A DNA stretch of 64,000 nucleotides. Source: Balanoglossus misakiensis (lineage: Eukaryota > Animalia > Hemichordata). Positions 26,601 to 41,913 of the stretch are shown here, in pieces. Below the pieces are notes generated by a model. That model saw only the letters and a list, made by a program, of their open reading frames with translations. It had not been told where the DNA came from and did no database searches. A program made the translations under genes and the position numbers. The stretch covers positions 2,718,656 to 2,782,655 of the forward strand of contig CM082596.2 in NCBI GenBank assembly GCA_040954595.2, read 5' to 3'. Positions within the stretch are counted from its first letter, which is position 1. Each line of letters starts with the position of its first letter.

Positions 26601-29600
26601 CTTCGAGTTGTGCTGATAAGGGATAGCAGAGAGTGTTAGTTTCCGCAAAAAAATGGCCAGTTGTTTTTGCCGGCTGCTAGCGTTTGTTGAACTCTTTGAA
26701 TCGCTGACTTGTTTGACAAAATAAATGTCTTATTGACCTACCTCACTGAGATATATTATCACAGAGCACTCAGTTCCATCCACACCATAATGCTTGTAGC
26801 AAGGATCTGTCTCCCAAAATTTATTCATCCACTGGAAGAAAGCAGAATTAAGTGAGTTTACAGTCTCTGTTTGTGTATTTCACCAGCAGAAACATCAATC
26901 ACAACCTCACATGTTCGTGATGAATGTAAAAAATTGACCTACGCTGGTCTTTAAACTGTTATGCTTAGGTCCGTTTGTAACAGTCAATTATTAAAAGGTT
27001 CAAACAAATGCACATGGGTCAGCCTTCTACATGTACATAGGATTACAAATATCAACTCACCTCGATTTTTCCCTTGCAGTGCACAAACCCAGTAAGTTCT
27101 GTGTCTGAGAATTTACAAGTGTGATCTGGTTCCATTATCAGATCTGTTGACAGAAAAACAAATCAAAAAAATGTACCGATATTATTTTAGGTGATTTTCA
27201 TGAGTTGTGGTTGTCAAGAATTGCACATTTCCAGGAGTAATCAAGTATTTTGTCAGAAGATTTTCAGGAATAATTTCGTTTTTCTCCAGGATTTCATAGA
27301 CCTTTCCAGGAGTGGTTTAAATTCCAAGAGTCTTGGTGATTTTCCGGGAGTACTGGAACATGTACAAAAGGCTTGTGTTCATCTAGCAATCACAAACCAC
27401 CATACCTCTAGCTGTTAAGGGTTTCTCCTTCTGTGGTGGGTCTACTTTCTTCACAGCAAGACTCTCTCTGATTTGTTCCTCGACGACAATCACGTTCTGA
27501 TTGACGGACGAACTCTGGTTCTGACTCTCGTTCTGCGTGATGTTCCTGAGATTGTAACCGAACGTGCCGTTGTTGATTGCCGCGTCCACCTTCTTCTCCA
27601 GTTTGGAAAGTCTCCCTAATATGCTGTCTAATAGTACTGCCATGGTTTTCTTTAAGTCTGCCAAAGATTCAAATAAGAACAATGCAAGATGATGACATTG
27701 ATTATGAATTTCCCAGTTTAATATCAGACCCAGTCACGCTACGCATACTATACAAAATGTTAGACCCTTCCCTGCAAAACCAGGACAGGAAAACCCTGTT
27801 TTCTGGTTATTTTAAATTCAACGATATACAACATAACTAAAGTCAGGAAAAATAACAGCTGCTAAGCCACCCTTCTAAACATGCAAGCATATCTCTCAGG
27901 AAACTGATCCTCATGTTCGTGTATTTGCGAATAAATACTCCATAGAAATGTCTTCCTGGCATCAGCGCTAAATTTAGCTGCACATAAAAAGCACGTACCA
28001 GCCACAAATTAATACACTCGCTTCAACATACAATGTAGACATACAAAATGGACAAACATTTGAATAAAGTCACTGTAAATATGTATTAATCTAATTTCTA
28101 AACGTATTGATCCATCTTCACCTATTTTTCACCGGTTTCAATTTAAATGTGTTTTCTTCACACTGATGCGTGTGACGACATATTTAACATAGTGATATGA
28201 GAAAAGATGGTACTGCAAGGCATAGTGGATTGCAACAGCATTCATCACAATATATAAGTATTGAGCTGATATGAGCATAATACGAAAAAGTCTCTTTAAT
28301 CATTCTTTAAGTGCAAATATTTTGATATTAAGCTTTAAGTTTAAATATTACTGTAATCAATGGCGTAATGTTAGCAGACCACAATGCATTGCTTCCTCAA
28401 CTGTTATTGTGCGTTTCGGGATAATCAATATTCCTACAATTACTGAAAATATACAATATGCCCTTAATCATTCCATGGGTATTAGGAACATGTACTACCT
28501 ACTTTAAGCAATATGTTGATGCAATCTACCCAAGAACCGATCTGTTCTATGATTCATGATGTACACAAGATGGTACATGCCTTATTCAGCAAAAATCAGG
28601 AAGGGTAATTTACATTTCACAAAACATACGACAGCAGTAAAAGCCAACATTGACAAATCACCGCATCAAAGATTATCTTTATGTCATCAAATGATGGGAA
28701 ATTTATTACTCTATAATAGTCCTATCCTGGAGTATTTCCACTGTTAATGGTTTGTTTTGTATATAATTCTACTCACATGATAGTGATGCTATATAATTTA
28801 TATCCTGAGCTATGGTATTATGATGCATATGACAGTACCATTAGAATAGTTAGAATATGGTCTTCATAATAGCATATGTTGCTGAACTGCTGCAGGGAAA
28901 TACGGTACGTGTAATAGCCGAAAAGTCACATATACATATAAGACAGGGTTCACAAAATAACAAAAGTTACAGCTAATGACCTATGCATCAGATGTCTAGG
29001 GAATTGAATATGACAAAGATACCAGTATAGTCACATTTCTTCTTATTTAAATTATATCAAACATTAAGAATAATATGTAGAAAAGGGTGAATTTTATTAT
29101 AACTGCAGTTCAACTGGGTCATATGAACATTAGCGACATGGCTATGATTGAAGAAATAATGAGAAAATTCATGTCCCTTGCAAAACAAAATCTAATTACT
29201 GGGCTTCTTGGAGTGCCTGAAAAAAAATTTTGAGGCGAAAAAAAGACGGCAATAATCACCCAGGAAAAACAAGATCTCTCCTCCGCAAAACAGCTGCAGT
29301 AGAAATGTTACCCCACGGCATAAGGATTATCCTTCCTGATGAATATTGTCTTGAAAACCTGAATTTTTGTCGTTACCATGGAAACTAAATCTTTAAAATG
29401 AGCTTCTCTGATCCACCTCCGTAAGTACGCTTTAAGTCTCCATTACAGATTTTCAACTACATGTACTTCATTGCTGGGGTTGTTTTTTCTCTTACAGATT
29501 ACACTAAAAGGTGGAAATGGATGTTTTGCAGACTGAAAACTAGCAGTTGTAAGATTGTATCCAAAACCATCTGCTGTCCAATCACTGGCATTGTGGCACA

Positions 29601-32600
29601 CATTTAACAAGATTTTCCCTTCTCTGTGAATTTGATTGCGATACAAATAAAGTGTCAGTAATTCTTCCGTAATCCTTTTATTGCACACTCTTCGGTTTAT
29701 AGGTGACCAGCATTACAATACTAACCGATCCATCAGGACACAAGCAACTAGAAACCCAGTTCAACAAAGACACGGAAAGCTGGACTTGACAAAAATCCTT
29801 CTTTTATACAGAGCATGGGCACATCACATAGAACACCCCCAAGATATCATGCAGACGCTCACAATATATGCATATTTATTCAACCTCAATTAAATTATAA
29901 CGGTTAATGAATGTAATGGTATTCTTTTCAGTATTTTTGATGCATGTAAGTTCTTGTCTCTTGGGGGAGATTGAAAATTGTGTATTCAAGCAAGATGAAC
30001 CGGTGGCCTCCGCAAAGCTCCATCATTTTATGAGTTGGATTGCTCACTGTCATAAATTTTCACTTGGGAAATGTGCAAATGTGTGAAAACACGGTCACAC
30101 GATGTGTTCCCATAATATATCATAATATAGAGTAAATATTCTATTGTACTGTTGCTGATACTAGAAATGGCAGATGTGAAGACAATTTTATTAGTGTATA
30201 GGAACTTTATTAGGTAGTTTATTAGGGCAAAGGCATTGCGATAAATGTTCCTTGCAAGATAGCGGACAATCTGGGAGCATCCGTGGTGGTTTTCCAGTAA
30301 GCTTTTCCTATCCCGTTGCAGCAAATGGTGATTGGAAAAAGATGTTAAATTTAATCATTATTCTCACAACACTCCTTGATACAAAATCCTGACTTGAAAG
30401 TCTCTTCCTGGTAGCTTTCGAACCAACTTCTTTATCTGAAACACGAAGAGCCATTTGAACATCTCTGATCAAAGAAAATGTACTCTGTGGTAGATTTGTG
30501 TGCATTTGATTTTTGTCGTGATCAGCCACAACACTTAAACTTCCTCCAAAGGAGGCCTCAATATAATTCAAAGATGTCCTCCTCTCTTGAGATTCCTCCT
30601 TTTCTCACGAAGGCAACCATGCTTCCATGAATTTCACAAGTGTATCCCACTTGAAATTCTTAAAAATAGTCACCTGTCACACGACTCGCTGTCTACTTGT
30701 GAACTCAACAACATGCAACAAGTTGGCACAGGGGAATTTAAACAGTTGCCTGAGAGACAAATGACATATAATATTGCCTTGAATTTTTTCATCGGCATCA
30801 CACTAATATATCATGACATCGATCCAGCTTCTCGGGAGCATTTCACAGGAATTTTCTTGTCTTTGCTCATGTCTAGATTGAGTCACAAGAGATGGACCAA
30901 CTTTGGAATTTGACATATTTCATTTCTGAGAGTCAGCACAGTGACATAATGAAACTGCTGCATATGGCAAATATGTATGAGATGGCCAAGCAGCCACAAC
31001 TCAAGAGATGGTTTTGGATATTACAAAACAAACAAGCCACGGCACGCATAATCACCGTGATATCGGCAGTAAAGTAGCACTGAATGTCAAACTTAAGCAG
31101 AAGACGTAAATGCACCTTCAGATACTGGGAGCTTCTGCTGATCAGTGCAACGATAAAAAGGAAAGATTGTGGAGTCCTTCATCAATCATTATATTCAATT
31201 TCTGTCACAGTCACAGCTAATATGATTGATGAGCTCTCTCTCTCTCTCTGACTCTCTCTCTCTTTACTCTTTCTCTCTCTCCCTCTCTCTCTATCTCTCT
31301 CTTTCACCCTGTCTCTTTTTGTCTGTGTCTCTATAATCTATCGCACCCTCAGTCTATCTCTCTCTCGCACACACACATTTTCCAAATCTGACTTTTAACA
31401 TGTGCAAGCAGCATGTACCAGAGGTGGATCATTCATAACGCTAGTCAGCATATCTCAACGGTTGTCGAGATGCACTACTTGACCTTTTCCCCAGCTTACA
31501 TCTGTCAAACAACAATCTTGTTTGATTAATCCAGGGTTTCTGGATATTTTTTTTCATTATCCAAACCAAGTTTGTACATGGCATTTGTTATGTTCGAGCA
31601 CATCATGCTAGGCTGAAAACAATATTTTGAAAACGTGAGCAGTTTCAAATGCACACACGCTTTGCCGAGAAGACTAACATCTCACAGAGTGAAAAATCTC
31701 TCCCCGAGTATAAACTGATTTTCAATGTTTGAAATTTTCCTTACAAGTATATATACAAGGCCCTTGTCACGATGAAAACACACATGTTCACATAAGTGAT
31801 TTCTCTCATTTCAAGTCCAAACCCTTCTCTCCATCTACAGTGGTCAATCACTGACTGACTTCAAAACGTCAACTGAACATCAGTACACAGATTCAGCATA
31901 CATGAAATTGCAAATAAAGCCTCTTTCTTCTCTCATAAATGTGATTAAACTTCTGAAGAAAGTCTGCCTACATCATCCGACGTTACTGGCATTCACAAAA
32001 CTCTTGTAATTTTTGTTTAGGAAATTAGATTTTGGAACATGATTAAAGGCACTCTCTGCAGACGTACTCGACATTTCGAGGATATTTGATCGGAATCTTA
32101 AAGAGAGAAAGTCATGTATGTTATTCAGAACTGTCTCCCTGCAACCGACAAATTGACTTTCACTCAAAAGTGAATCACGCTCGCACTATACAGTAGCTTG
32201 TTATCTGTGAATGTATTTTGTGTGACAGCTATGCGATGTGTGAAAGTGCGGACCAATTTTCGATATGACACTATCTGGTCAACATACAGCTTCGCCAGAG
32301 TGCACAAGTATTTCTTTGTGAATGGTAACAGTTTGTGTACCAGTGTATGTTTGATGATCACAAACTAGAAAGTTGACATTTTCGACAAAGTAACGCAAAC
32401 AAATATATGTATGCTCATCTTATTTTCACCCTTTTCCACATCTATACTTTTTATCCAGTGTTCAGGCTAACATTAATGCTTTGGGGATCATTGATAGATT
32501 TATAGCTACTGGGCATCACTCTAAATACTGAGCCATGCTAGACACTCTAATACTTATAAAGCTGCCTGAAAACCTTTCCCATCAGTGTCTCATACACACG

Positions 32601-35600
32601 GGATCAACCACACATAACTCCCAGCATTAGAGAGGATGAAGGCAACCACTGAGAGCCTTTTCAGGTTGGTATTTAAAACTCCATGTTTATGCCTACCGGT
32701 ACAGTAATTCCAGATAAATAAGATAAAAGGGAAAACTTTCAATTCAAAGTTTCTATTTGGAGGCTGGAGAAAAGTTTTGAGCATATCTGAGAGATCTTAA
32801 ACAGAGCTGCCGTCAATGCCTGAGGTTTCTTTTGAAAAACAATATTTAAAACATGTCCACTGAGGACAAGACAATATCAGATTGCATTTCATTTTGAAAG
32901 GATATTTATATTTTTTTTTGTTCGTCTCCAGGCAATGCAGCATTTCAAAAAGTTCACTCAGGGATTTCTTAAATATTGTATGGGCCAATTCTGCAAAAAA
33001 ATGCTTTATTGGGAGTAAACTGAGAAAGCTGATTCTCAGAACAACCAAAGAGTGCAGTATGAATATTTAACGGCAACTGGACAATCGCTAGTGAGAATAA
33101 AAATTCAACAATGGTGATCGCTTTCCACAGAAGAAGAACAGAAGGATAAGGGTCATTGAATACCTATCAGTAATTAATGTGTCTGGGATGGATGGTGACA
33201 CATGGAAAATTACCATTAAAACAGACCAGCCCAGCTGTGCTATTAGCCTAGTTCCATGCAAAATGGGAGTGAGGTTTACCAGCTTGGTGTGAAATTGCAC
33301 AGACTGGTCGGTCTATGAGACAGGGACTGTGTTGGTATTAAATATTCATGAGATGCAACTTGGATTGTATGAGTTCTGCTCATGATATAACGACCCTGAA
33401 AAAATTGCAGGCAAGTCTGTGGATTAAACCAGACTGAAACCACAGGTGGTGGCCTGGCCAAAACCTGGTTGCGGAATCTAAATCATTAGGTGTGTACGAC
33501 AAAATGTTAAACAGACAGAATAAAAAGATGAAGCTGTCACTCGTCTGTGCACTTGACAAACATATGCATTCTATCTGCCGGTCAGGTACGAGCTAGCTGT
33601 CTTGCTGTCAGGAAATTGCTTCACATTCCACTAATCTTCTCCAATGTTTCCAGTTCACTAAACACTGCAAGGATGGCTGGACTGATCTTGCCTGCATGTA
33701 AGCCACTCAGTATTTTGCTGTCGGATCAAGCTTATCGCCGACAGGGTTTTGCTCCACAAACCTAATGGCGCAGGTGTGGCAAATGTGCATCAGTGCATCA
33801 GCTGTCGTACGATATTCTGACGTTTTAGAAGGAACAGACTGTACCATGAACTTCTTCAGCTCGTCTTGGCTATCACGTCAATGCCATTTCCATAAAAACA
33901 TCACAAAAGTCAAGAGTCAATGATCATTTCATCGCAATATAAAACTTAACCACCATGGGATCCTTTCGCTAAAACCCTGAAACTTTCATTAAATGCTGAG
34001 AAATCTAATACTCCAATAATCCCGCTAAACCCCTTTCGCACTGATGAAAGTGCGTGTACGGAGTCAAATTTCACCAACCATAAATTTTATATGTACCGGC
34101 CGGTATACTTTGTAGCTCTCAATTGTGCTACCCGGTATATCCAACAGTTGATAAATAACAGACCGGGTGTCTTGGGAAAACCTATGATGTGTTGGCAATT
34201 ATCTATACCATGTTGTCTGTGGTCAGGGATGCTTAAAATTAAACCTGATGAAAAATAACTGTAATGAAATGCATATGTGGGTGGCTTCTATCACAGTATC
34301 AGGTAATACATGTGTACACCTTGTCAGCAGATTTTCCGAAAAACGGCAATTACTTCAGATGAATTATTCTTGGAGAGAACACTGTTCAAAGCTCACTTAG
34401 AAGTACAAAAAAATTTAATCTACAGTCTAATGAGATAGTCAGCAGGAGATATTCTGCTTTCAATCGACTGGACTGACATCATTATGTTCATTATCATCAT
34501 TATTTATGGTGGAAATAGCAAAGATAATACTATAGAAATGCGGAATACCTATTTAGAGGAACCATCAGTCATAATGCATTAAATACTTATACTGATGTAC
34601 ATACGTGTACACACATGCCGTGCACCATTATCCAGTCACAATTAGAGTAAATTGAATTGCCATTTACATCATGGCATTTAATCAAAAAATAAATGATATG
34701 ACTGGTGTCATATGGCATGAGGTAAATACAAAGGTGCCAATATTTCACAGTGATTCAAAGAAAGCTGATTAATTAAAACTCATGAAGCTCTATAACTGTC
34801 ATGTCTGACTGATCAACATCGGTATGTCTTTGATGTACTTGCATATTAAAGTGTATATTACTATGAACTTCAAAGCCACTGCGAAATCCCCACACTGCAT
34901 CAAACACAGATAAGCACCATTCTGCTTCAAATTTATGACCTGAAGTCTTCATTAACCAACACAACTGATGAACCTAGATACCCGGTAACTTCCTATCTTG
35001 GAAAACTCTTTCTGCATACCATTCCCAAGAGAAAATATGGATTTTTCCAGGGGTAAAACACGCCTGTGTGAATGTCAAAATGTCTAGTTATCATGCAATG
35101 CTGTTGTGATACAACTGAATCCTTTCGATTGTTATTTACATACAATACAACAGCTACTGAGGTTTTTGGATATTTCTACATCCAATCTGAATATAAGTTA
35201 TATCCAAGCTTCATTTATTACAATATGTATGATTGAATTTAACAGTATAAAAATATCAATTATTTGCATGTAAACTACGTACACCCATATCTCATTATAA
35301 ACCCATTAGTACATAATGCAGTCAATGTCTGTTCGAACATGTACGTCACATCACGTTCAACGGTGATTAATTCTATAGTGTGATGTGCATGCAATTTTAA
35401 TTCTACATCTTATACTGTCATATCATGCGCAGGAAACATCACTGACTTGTCTGGAATACTTTATTTGCCATGGATAATGCTCTTTTTACAGCTAAGAAGG
35501 ACAATGCAGAGACACTACTGGGGTTCACATTGGACACGTTTGAAGTTGCCACGTGAGAACATGGTCACACTTGTTTGCTCAAAGCACATTTCTGCATGTA

Positions 35601-38600
35601 TGGTTTCGATTTGCGAAAAAACAGGAAAAGCAATGGTTTGACCAGAAAAGAAAGACAGGAGGTGAAATCTTATGAAGACCCCCAATTAGGGTGGCTCCAT
35701 TGGTGGCCGATCTCTTGGAAGACAGTGTCACCATCTCACCATCATGTTTTAGTTGAACCACAGTCCCTTCCATGGAGGATAGAGTGACTGTGGTCAGCCC
35801 TTATTAAGAGGACAGCTGCAGTTACACCCTCAGAAATGCCTAGGGCGAAAGCGTTCCGTGCGGCCATGCAGAGGTACCACAGACTGCCTCCATGGTGAAG
35901 CTTCGTAAAAGAAGTCCTATGAAGCAGGCCTTTGCTAAGCAACCAACTGGTATGTGTTACAGTTGAGAGTAACCCACAAACAACTGTGGCTGTGACTGAA
36001 CCAGCCAAGACTGATATTTCCCTTGGTTTTATCAGTTATTTATCAGTGAAACAACCAACTATCTGTCTCTCTGCCCGTCCGTCTGCCCCCCCCCCCCTTT
36101 CCTCTTGAAACAAACAGAGTGTCTGTGCAGTTCAGTGGTGTACACTGAGTGATGGTACTTTGGCATAGATATGATTACTACTGTACAAACATTATCCATC
36201 ACACTTCTGATGTACAATAGCATGTAACAGCTTGTCAAATGACTGATAAAATGGATCACATTTTCAGCATGAGCACTGAGTCTGAATCAGTGCATGACTT
36301 CTGCACTGGAATGTGGCCGTGTCAGTGTAGAAATATGTCGACATCTACAATTGTTCTCCCCAGGAATTCCTGATGATAAGGGAGTGGTTATTTTGCATAA
36401 CAATACAAACTAATGTTATGTTAATGTGTCTCTATTGTTTTTTCCCACTACTGGTCATTACGCTGGGAAGAACAGGAGTTGAAAAATATTGCAGACTAAA
36501 GAGAAGTGAAACTTTTTTCTGATCTTACCCACGTCTGACAAAAAACCTCAGCAAATAAACAATAAAATATATTGCATGCTGTCGACAGATGCCACGCACA
36601 GGTTAATTTTCCCACAGCAAAGTTCTCACCCACAGGGGCGTACATGTAGTCCTCCAACGCGATTACTATTTGCGAAGAAATGAAACAGAATTGGGTCAAC
36701 GTTATTGATTTAAAGTAGACCATACATATTCTGATCCTTTGTACATCATCAGCTGAACAAACACAGTGGACATGACAACACAGAAATTTCATGATAACAC
36801 CAGAATGGCCATGGAATCAAGTCTTGGCCGGAATGCAGTGATGCAGATAATAGCCGGTCAACTGAGTCCAAACGCCCACATGTGAATGAATGGCTACAAT
36901 GGCTCCAAACCCCATAGAAACACATATTCATGAGCAAATTGTATGCGCTTTGACTGACTGTTACTTGTCCACCATCAGTTACAAAACATATCTCCATCCC
37001 TGGATTGTAACATCCACAGCGGGAGAATCGGAAATCAATATCCTGTTGAATACAGAACACACATTTTCCACAAATGATGAAAGGCACTTCTGGGAGATGT
37101 GGCCTCATAAAAACTAAACTCCTCCAAATAATTTCCATACATCATTACCTCACAGTTTGCATCATCAATTGTTGAGACCACCGTTGTAAGGCACACATCT
37201 TTACCTTTTTGCAAGTTTGGCAACAAAGGTGACGACTGAGATGATTTGATTGGCTCATTAAAATTTGAAATGTTTTCCTTCATTTTGATAGCAACAACAG
37301 TCGAGCTATTTAAGTGTCAGAGATTGTTCAAACATCCAAGACAGGCTGTTTGCCAAAGCATATGTCTAACCTGAACGTACGTCATATTAATGAATATTTA
37401 CAGACACTGCCGGAGAGCCGACAAAGCTGAGCTACGCAGGAAATGTCAGGATGTCACACTCATTTAAAATTCAACAGGCAAAGGAAATCTGCTTTGAAGC
37501 TTCATGTATACTCTGACTTCACAGAACAAATCAAGTCTAAGTGATTGAAATTAATCTTAGTACAGCTGCTATAAAATAGCACACATGTATGTCTACACAG
37601 GCAAGTAACACACACTCAAAGCAACATTAAAATTTAACCATTTATATTCAACGTGACCACTTTCTTATTTTGAATTTTAAATTATACATTTTTTATCCAC
37701 TGCATACATAAAATATACATGCATTTACAAACAACCTGGCTATCCAGGGATAGAAAAAGTAGCATATCGAACAAATGATAATTGAGGTTTTGGCTTTTGA
37801 CAAAATTCAGCTGCTTTTCCAGATTTTCTGATGTTCTTGAAAACCTCCAGCTACCAGTGAAAGAGTGCCGACTAGTGACTCATACACATGTCAACGTTCA
37901 TACGGCATTTCGTTGAATTGTTATTAATGTTTGTGCAACAGGTGGACCCCACTGCACCCCAATACAATGACTTTCACTGTCTCTCAGATGAGACACAATA
38001 GGAATGCCAATATTAGCCACAACCACGGTGTTTGCCATTACCACAACAGATGACATCAACGCAGTCACAGAACTTGAGTACAGCACAAGTGTAGTAGCTA
38101 CAGTAGTCATCACAAATCGAAACCAATGACTCAGCGTATACTGCTGGTTTTTCACCAGTAACCAGTCCTATAAAACTACACAGCTAATACGTTTGTATTG
38201 GGTTTTTGTGTTTCAAACATTCAGTCATTCCCATCTGTCCAAACAGTGGCAGAATTGCCACACTTGTTCAAGTACATTGTGTTGTTCGTTTGCAAGAAAT
38301 TCTGCAATGACTTGCGAACATCAGGTGCCACTCTCTACCGATACTTTACAAATACCATTTCACCTAGCAATCAGGTTGTAAACCTGAAATCTGATCAGGT
38401 TAAACACCATAGTCCCCGTATCGACCGGTGTGGAATGTATGCTATGGACATTTCTTTTAGAAAGGGGTTCATTTTACCACTCTGGCAATTACCAACTCAA
38501 AGGTGTTTTAACCTTCCCTTTAATATGTTGACATACAGGTCTGGTACAGTTACACCGATAGAAAACACATACACACACAGGACTGGATTAGGGCTCCATT

Positions 38601-41600
38601 TATCCATTGTCACCATTGTCTGATTTGGCAAAGCTTCATTATATATAAAGACAATGATATTCACCACAAATAAATACAACAATGGAGAAGATGACCACTG
38701 TGTCTTTTGTTTCCACTTTTGAGCGTATCACTTTTGTACCAGACTCACCAATATTTGCATTCTGTGCAGTATGACAATATGTGCTTTGATGGCTTTGCAG
38801 CATCCATGTTCTGCTTTGCATTGACCCTGCTCCAGGGTCTATGATTGTATGTACGCTTGAGAGAATTGGCAGCAAATTGGCCAAAAACTGTACACTGTAT
38901 GTACTCGACGCATGACTGATACATTGGCTATGCTCAATTTCCTTGGCTTAAACTAGTTAAAGACTTTTGTGTGCTCATACTCCATCTAAATGTGTTCAGA
39001 ATGTATAACACATACACAATACACTGTACATGTTTATATACAACTGAGCCAGAATAATGACAGTTTCTCAACGGGGAGAACTTAACTTCTGCCAGCACAA
39101 GCAATCAGATCATCCCATTAAAGGTTATTCGCGCTTGACATCTATTGACACGTACATTGTAATATCACACACTCAGTCAAATCATCATACATAAAAGCCC
39201 ACCCATGGACCACATCAAGTTTTAGAACATTTTTTCCCAAACAGAAAACATGTTTATGCCATCATAGCACATTCCCATAAACAGGATGAGTCTGAAACAG
39301 GCCACGCTAAATTCATCCCAATCAGCTGTTTACAAACACACGTACTGCGAGATTTAACAAACGGGGATTGATTTCCTACCACTAAGATCAGTTGTTTTTG
39401 ATGTGAAACTGAAATTACCTACTGGGGTCAGGACCTTTGGAGCGTAAAAGCCAGCTGGTTTCATTGGGATCACCAAAGGTTATAACTCTGCCTCTTGTTT
39501 AGCATGAAGCACAAATCAATCGTCTCTGGTATAGATAGATACCGTGAGGAAAAGAGCACTTAATTTTATTTGAAACAATTTCTTGCAATTTATGAACTGC
39601 TATGTAGTGTTAGTGCAAGTAGATATTTTGCTTAGTACATTAACCAAAATTACCAAAAGACCCAAAAAGTTTGCAACACATAAAATTATCAAACTACACA
39701 AAATTTCATTTTACAATATACAGGGTTATATCTTTTCCACGTGTAATCAATATTGTGGGCATTTTATGACCAACTAATCCGGAAAGAAATTAGCTTATAA
39801 AATTTTACATTAAGTATCGAATGGATCCGGGCTCTTTTTATAATTTAGAAACGGATGCAGATTATGTAATGCCCACATACTATCTGTCCATTCAAGTTTG
39901 CTATGAGGCATTAATTCCAAAAACAAATGCTTCAATGTCATGTAAATTATTGGCACAGACCAGAGACGTTTATATTCATTGCTATGAAGGGAGTCTAAAA
40001 TGTTCAGGGCAGTAAAAGTGAATACATGAGATATATGAGAGAGTATCGACGATTCGAACATGCAATCTAACCGAACCAGAACCAAATCTCCTTGCTAAGG
40101 GGGCCAGCCTTCAGAATGACCGAGCCACTTTGCCATTAAACACAGCATTATCCCATGAACTACCAGACGATAAATAGTGACCCCTTTGATTCATGACCGA
40201 GAGATTCTATCCTTGTTTCATGTCAAACAAACCTTTGGCATTACCGGTATTTAGAGAACAGCTCAGTAAAGCAGAGGAAATGTGTTGTTTTGAATAGTTA
40301 CTCTGACTGTCAATCAGTGAAAGTTCATCTTCCTTCCGAATTCAATTTCCTCTGTCTCACTTTTAAATTTTTTAAATTTGTGTGCAACACATTGCACTCA
40401 TTACGGTCATCGGAATGAGTACACATGCTCATTTCAATTCGTATCAACATTGTTTAAGCGGTTGCTGGGGACAGTGCAAACACGTGCAGTTAAACATTTC
40501 CAGCATTTTACAATTAATATTATTAGACTCCCTTGGGTATGTCCACTGTGCTTGAACTCAAATGAACACGCGTGGTGGCCATATGCATCCTCGGCCAAAC
40601 ACCTAAGGGACTGCTCAGTTCTACAAAAGTGAAAACGCACATTTTAATTACGTCGAGATAGGATAACAAGCTGGTGTGCTCCCTCTTTCTTCATAATTAG
40701 CTTCCGCGAAGCAATCAGAAACTCATACATCTACCCTAAACACTTTGATTGGGGTCATTTCTAAATCTCACCTATTCACGAACAAGACTACAGACCTGAT
40801 CTCTGGCTAAAAATTAAAACCACGTAGAAACATCACATGGTTAAAAAGTTAACACTCAGTGCGTGACAGCTTGCATGATCATTGGATCAACAGTCGTGAT
40901 GTTGGATCGCCTTGAAAATTTCCATATTCATTTCCTATAGAAACATTCACAGACAAGCCTTTTCATTAGTTAAATAGAGAAACAGACAATACATCACATA
41001 TGCATGAATTTCCTACGTATGTGCTATCGCTAGGGCTGTTTTTCAGGCATATTTGTTAATGGTAGGTCTATTTTTTAAAAGATGACCTGAAGATGGGGCG
41101 AAATTACTGCACAGTTTAGTTTAAAAACAATTCTATATTTGGTGCCATTATGGCTTTGCGTATAAGTTATATAAATCTTTATTTTAACAAACAACACGTC
41201 AGTGTTCTCCCCAGAACAATTAAAGAGTATCAGCCAATACCCTTTAATTTGAGGGAAACAATAGAAGCTCATTATCATAACAATGGCTTATATTGTTATG
41301 AAAATTAGCCAATACTGTATCAAACTCCTGGGGATAACACTGCATGTACAAAAATGGGAATATCAATTTAATTGATATTCCCATTTTCAGATCATATGAA
41401 AAAAATAATTAACACCTACTGCCCCTTTAATTAAATGTAGAATGTACCAGTTTACGGTGGTCTATTTATATTAATCAATTATTGTGGGTTAATATTACTC
41501 CGTTGGGAAAATTGAACTTCAGTCCGCCCTGGGACTGTACATAGAATAACGCCGGATATTGTGATAATAATGCGTTCTCACCACTTATCAATACATTTCT

Positions 41601-41913
41601 TTTTCTGTGTGTGTGATAACATTTCTGATGTCAGCTCAGTCTGCGAACTGGGGATAATAATGTGATGATATTGCCACTTACCGTAACTTGAATACCCTTC
41701 TGCAATTTCACCATTCGCATTCTCTTTCGCCAAGGCCTGGACGTACTGTTTACTTTTGTCAATGATTTCGGCTTTCAGTCTCTCACTTTCCTTCGATGAG
41801 TTGCTATTACTCCTCAGCAACACGTAGTTCGTAAAAGTGCAGATCCATAGAAACGAGAAAAACGCCAAGAAAAACCCCATCTTCCGGGACGTTATATAGC
41901 GATGCTTTCTCAT
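17652..41913 (-). CDS. MGAT5: Alpha-1,6-mannosylglycoprotein 6-beta-N-acetylglucosaminyltransferase (GnT-V), about 776 aa, 15 coding exons
   Basis: Exons (GT-AG, frame-consistent): 41682-41913, 27406-27657, 27061-27143, 26742-26831, 26372-26449, 24294-24458, 21007-21176, 20572-20706, 20193-20326, 19873-20003, 19616-19774, 19288-19434, 18827-19021, 18221-18381, 17652-17850. Family motifs: N-terminal TM, YDLKKTMAVLLD, YGVDGTECS, ENWCP, SGGPLGELVQWSD, FPHTPDNSFMGF, GLGFPYEGPAPLEAIANG, CPCRDYVRGQVALC. Confidence 0.96.
31233..31302. repeat. Imperfect (CT)n microsatellite in MGAT5 intron 1
   Basis: ctctctct... run. Confidence 0.85.
41351..41387. repeat. Near-perfect 37-bp palindrome (18-bp arms, 1-nt spacer)
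   Basis: AAAATGGGAATATCAATT-T-AATTGATATTCCCATTTT. Confidence 0.95.

Noticed and set aside
27190-27360. Possible transposon remnant with repeated TTTCCAGGA motifs in an MGAT5 intron
   Set aside because: No TIRs or target-site duplication could be defined by eye.
28000-41300. Many 60-140 aa ORFs in MGAT5 intron 1
   Set aside because: No recognisable domains or coherent exon chains; consistent with chance ORFs.
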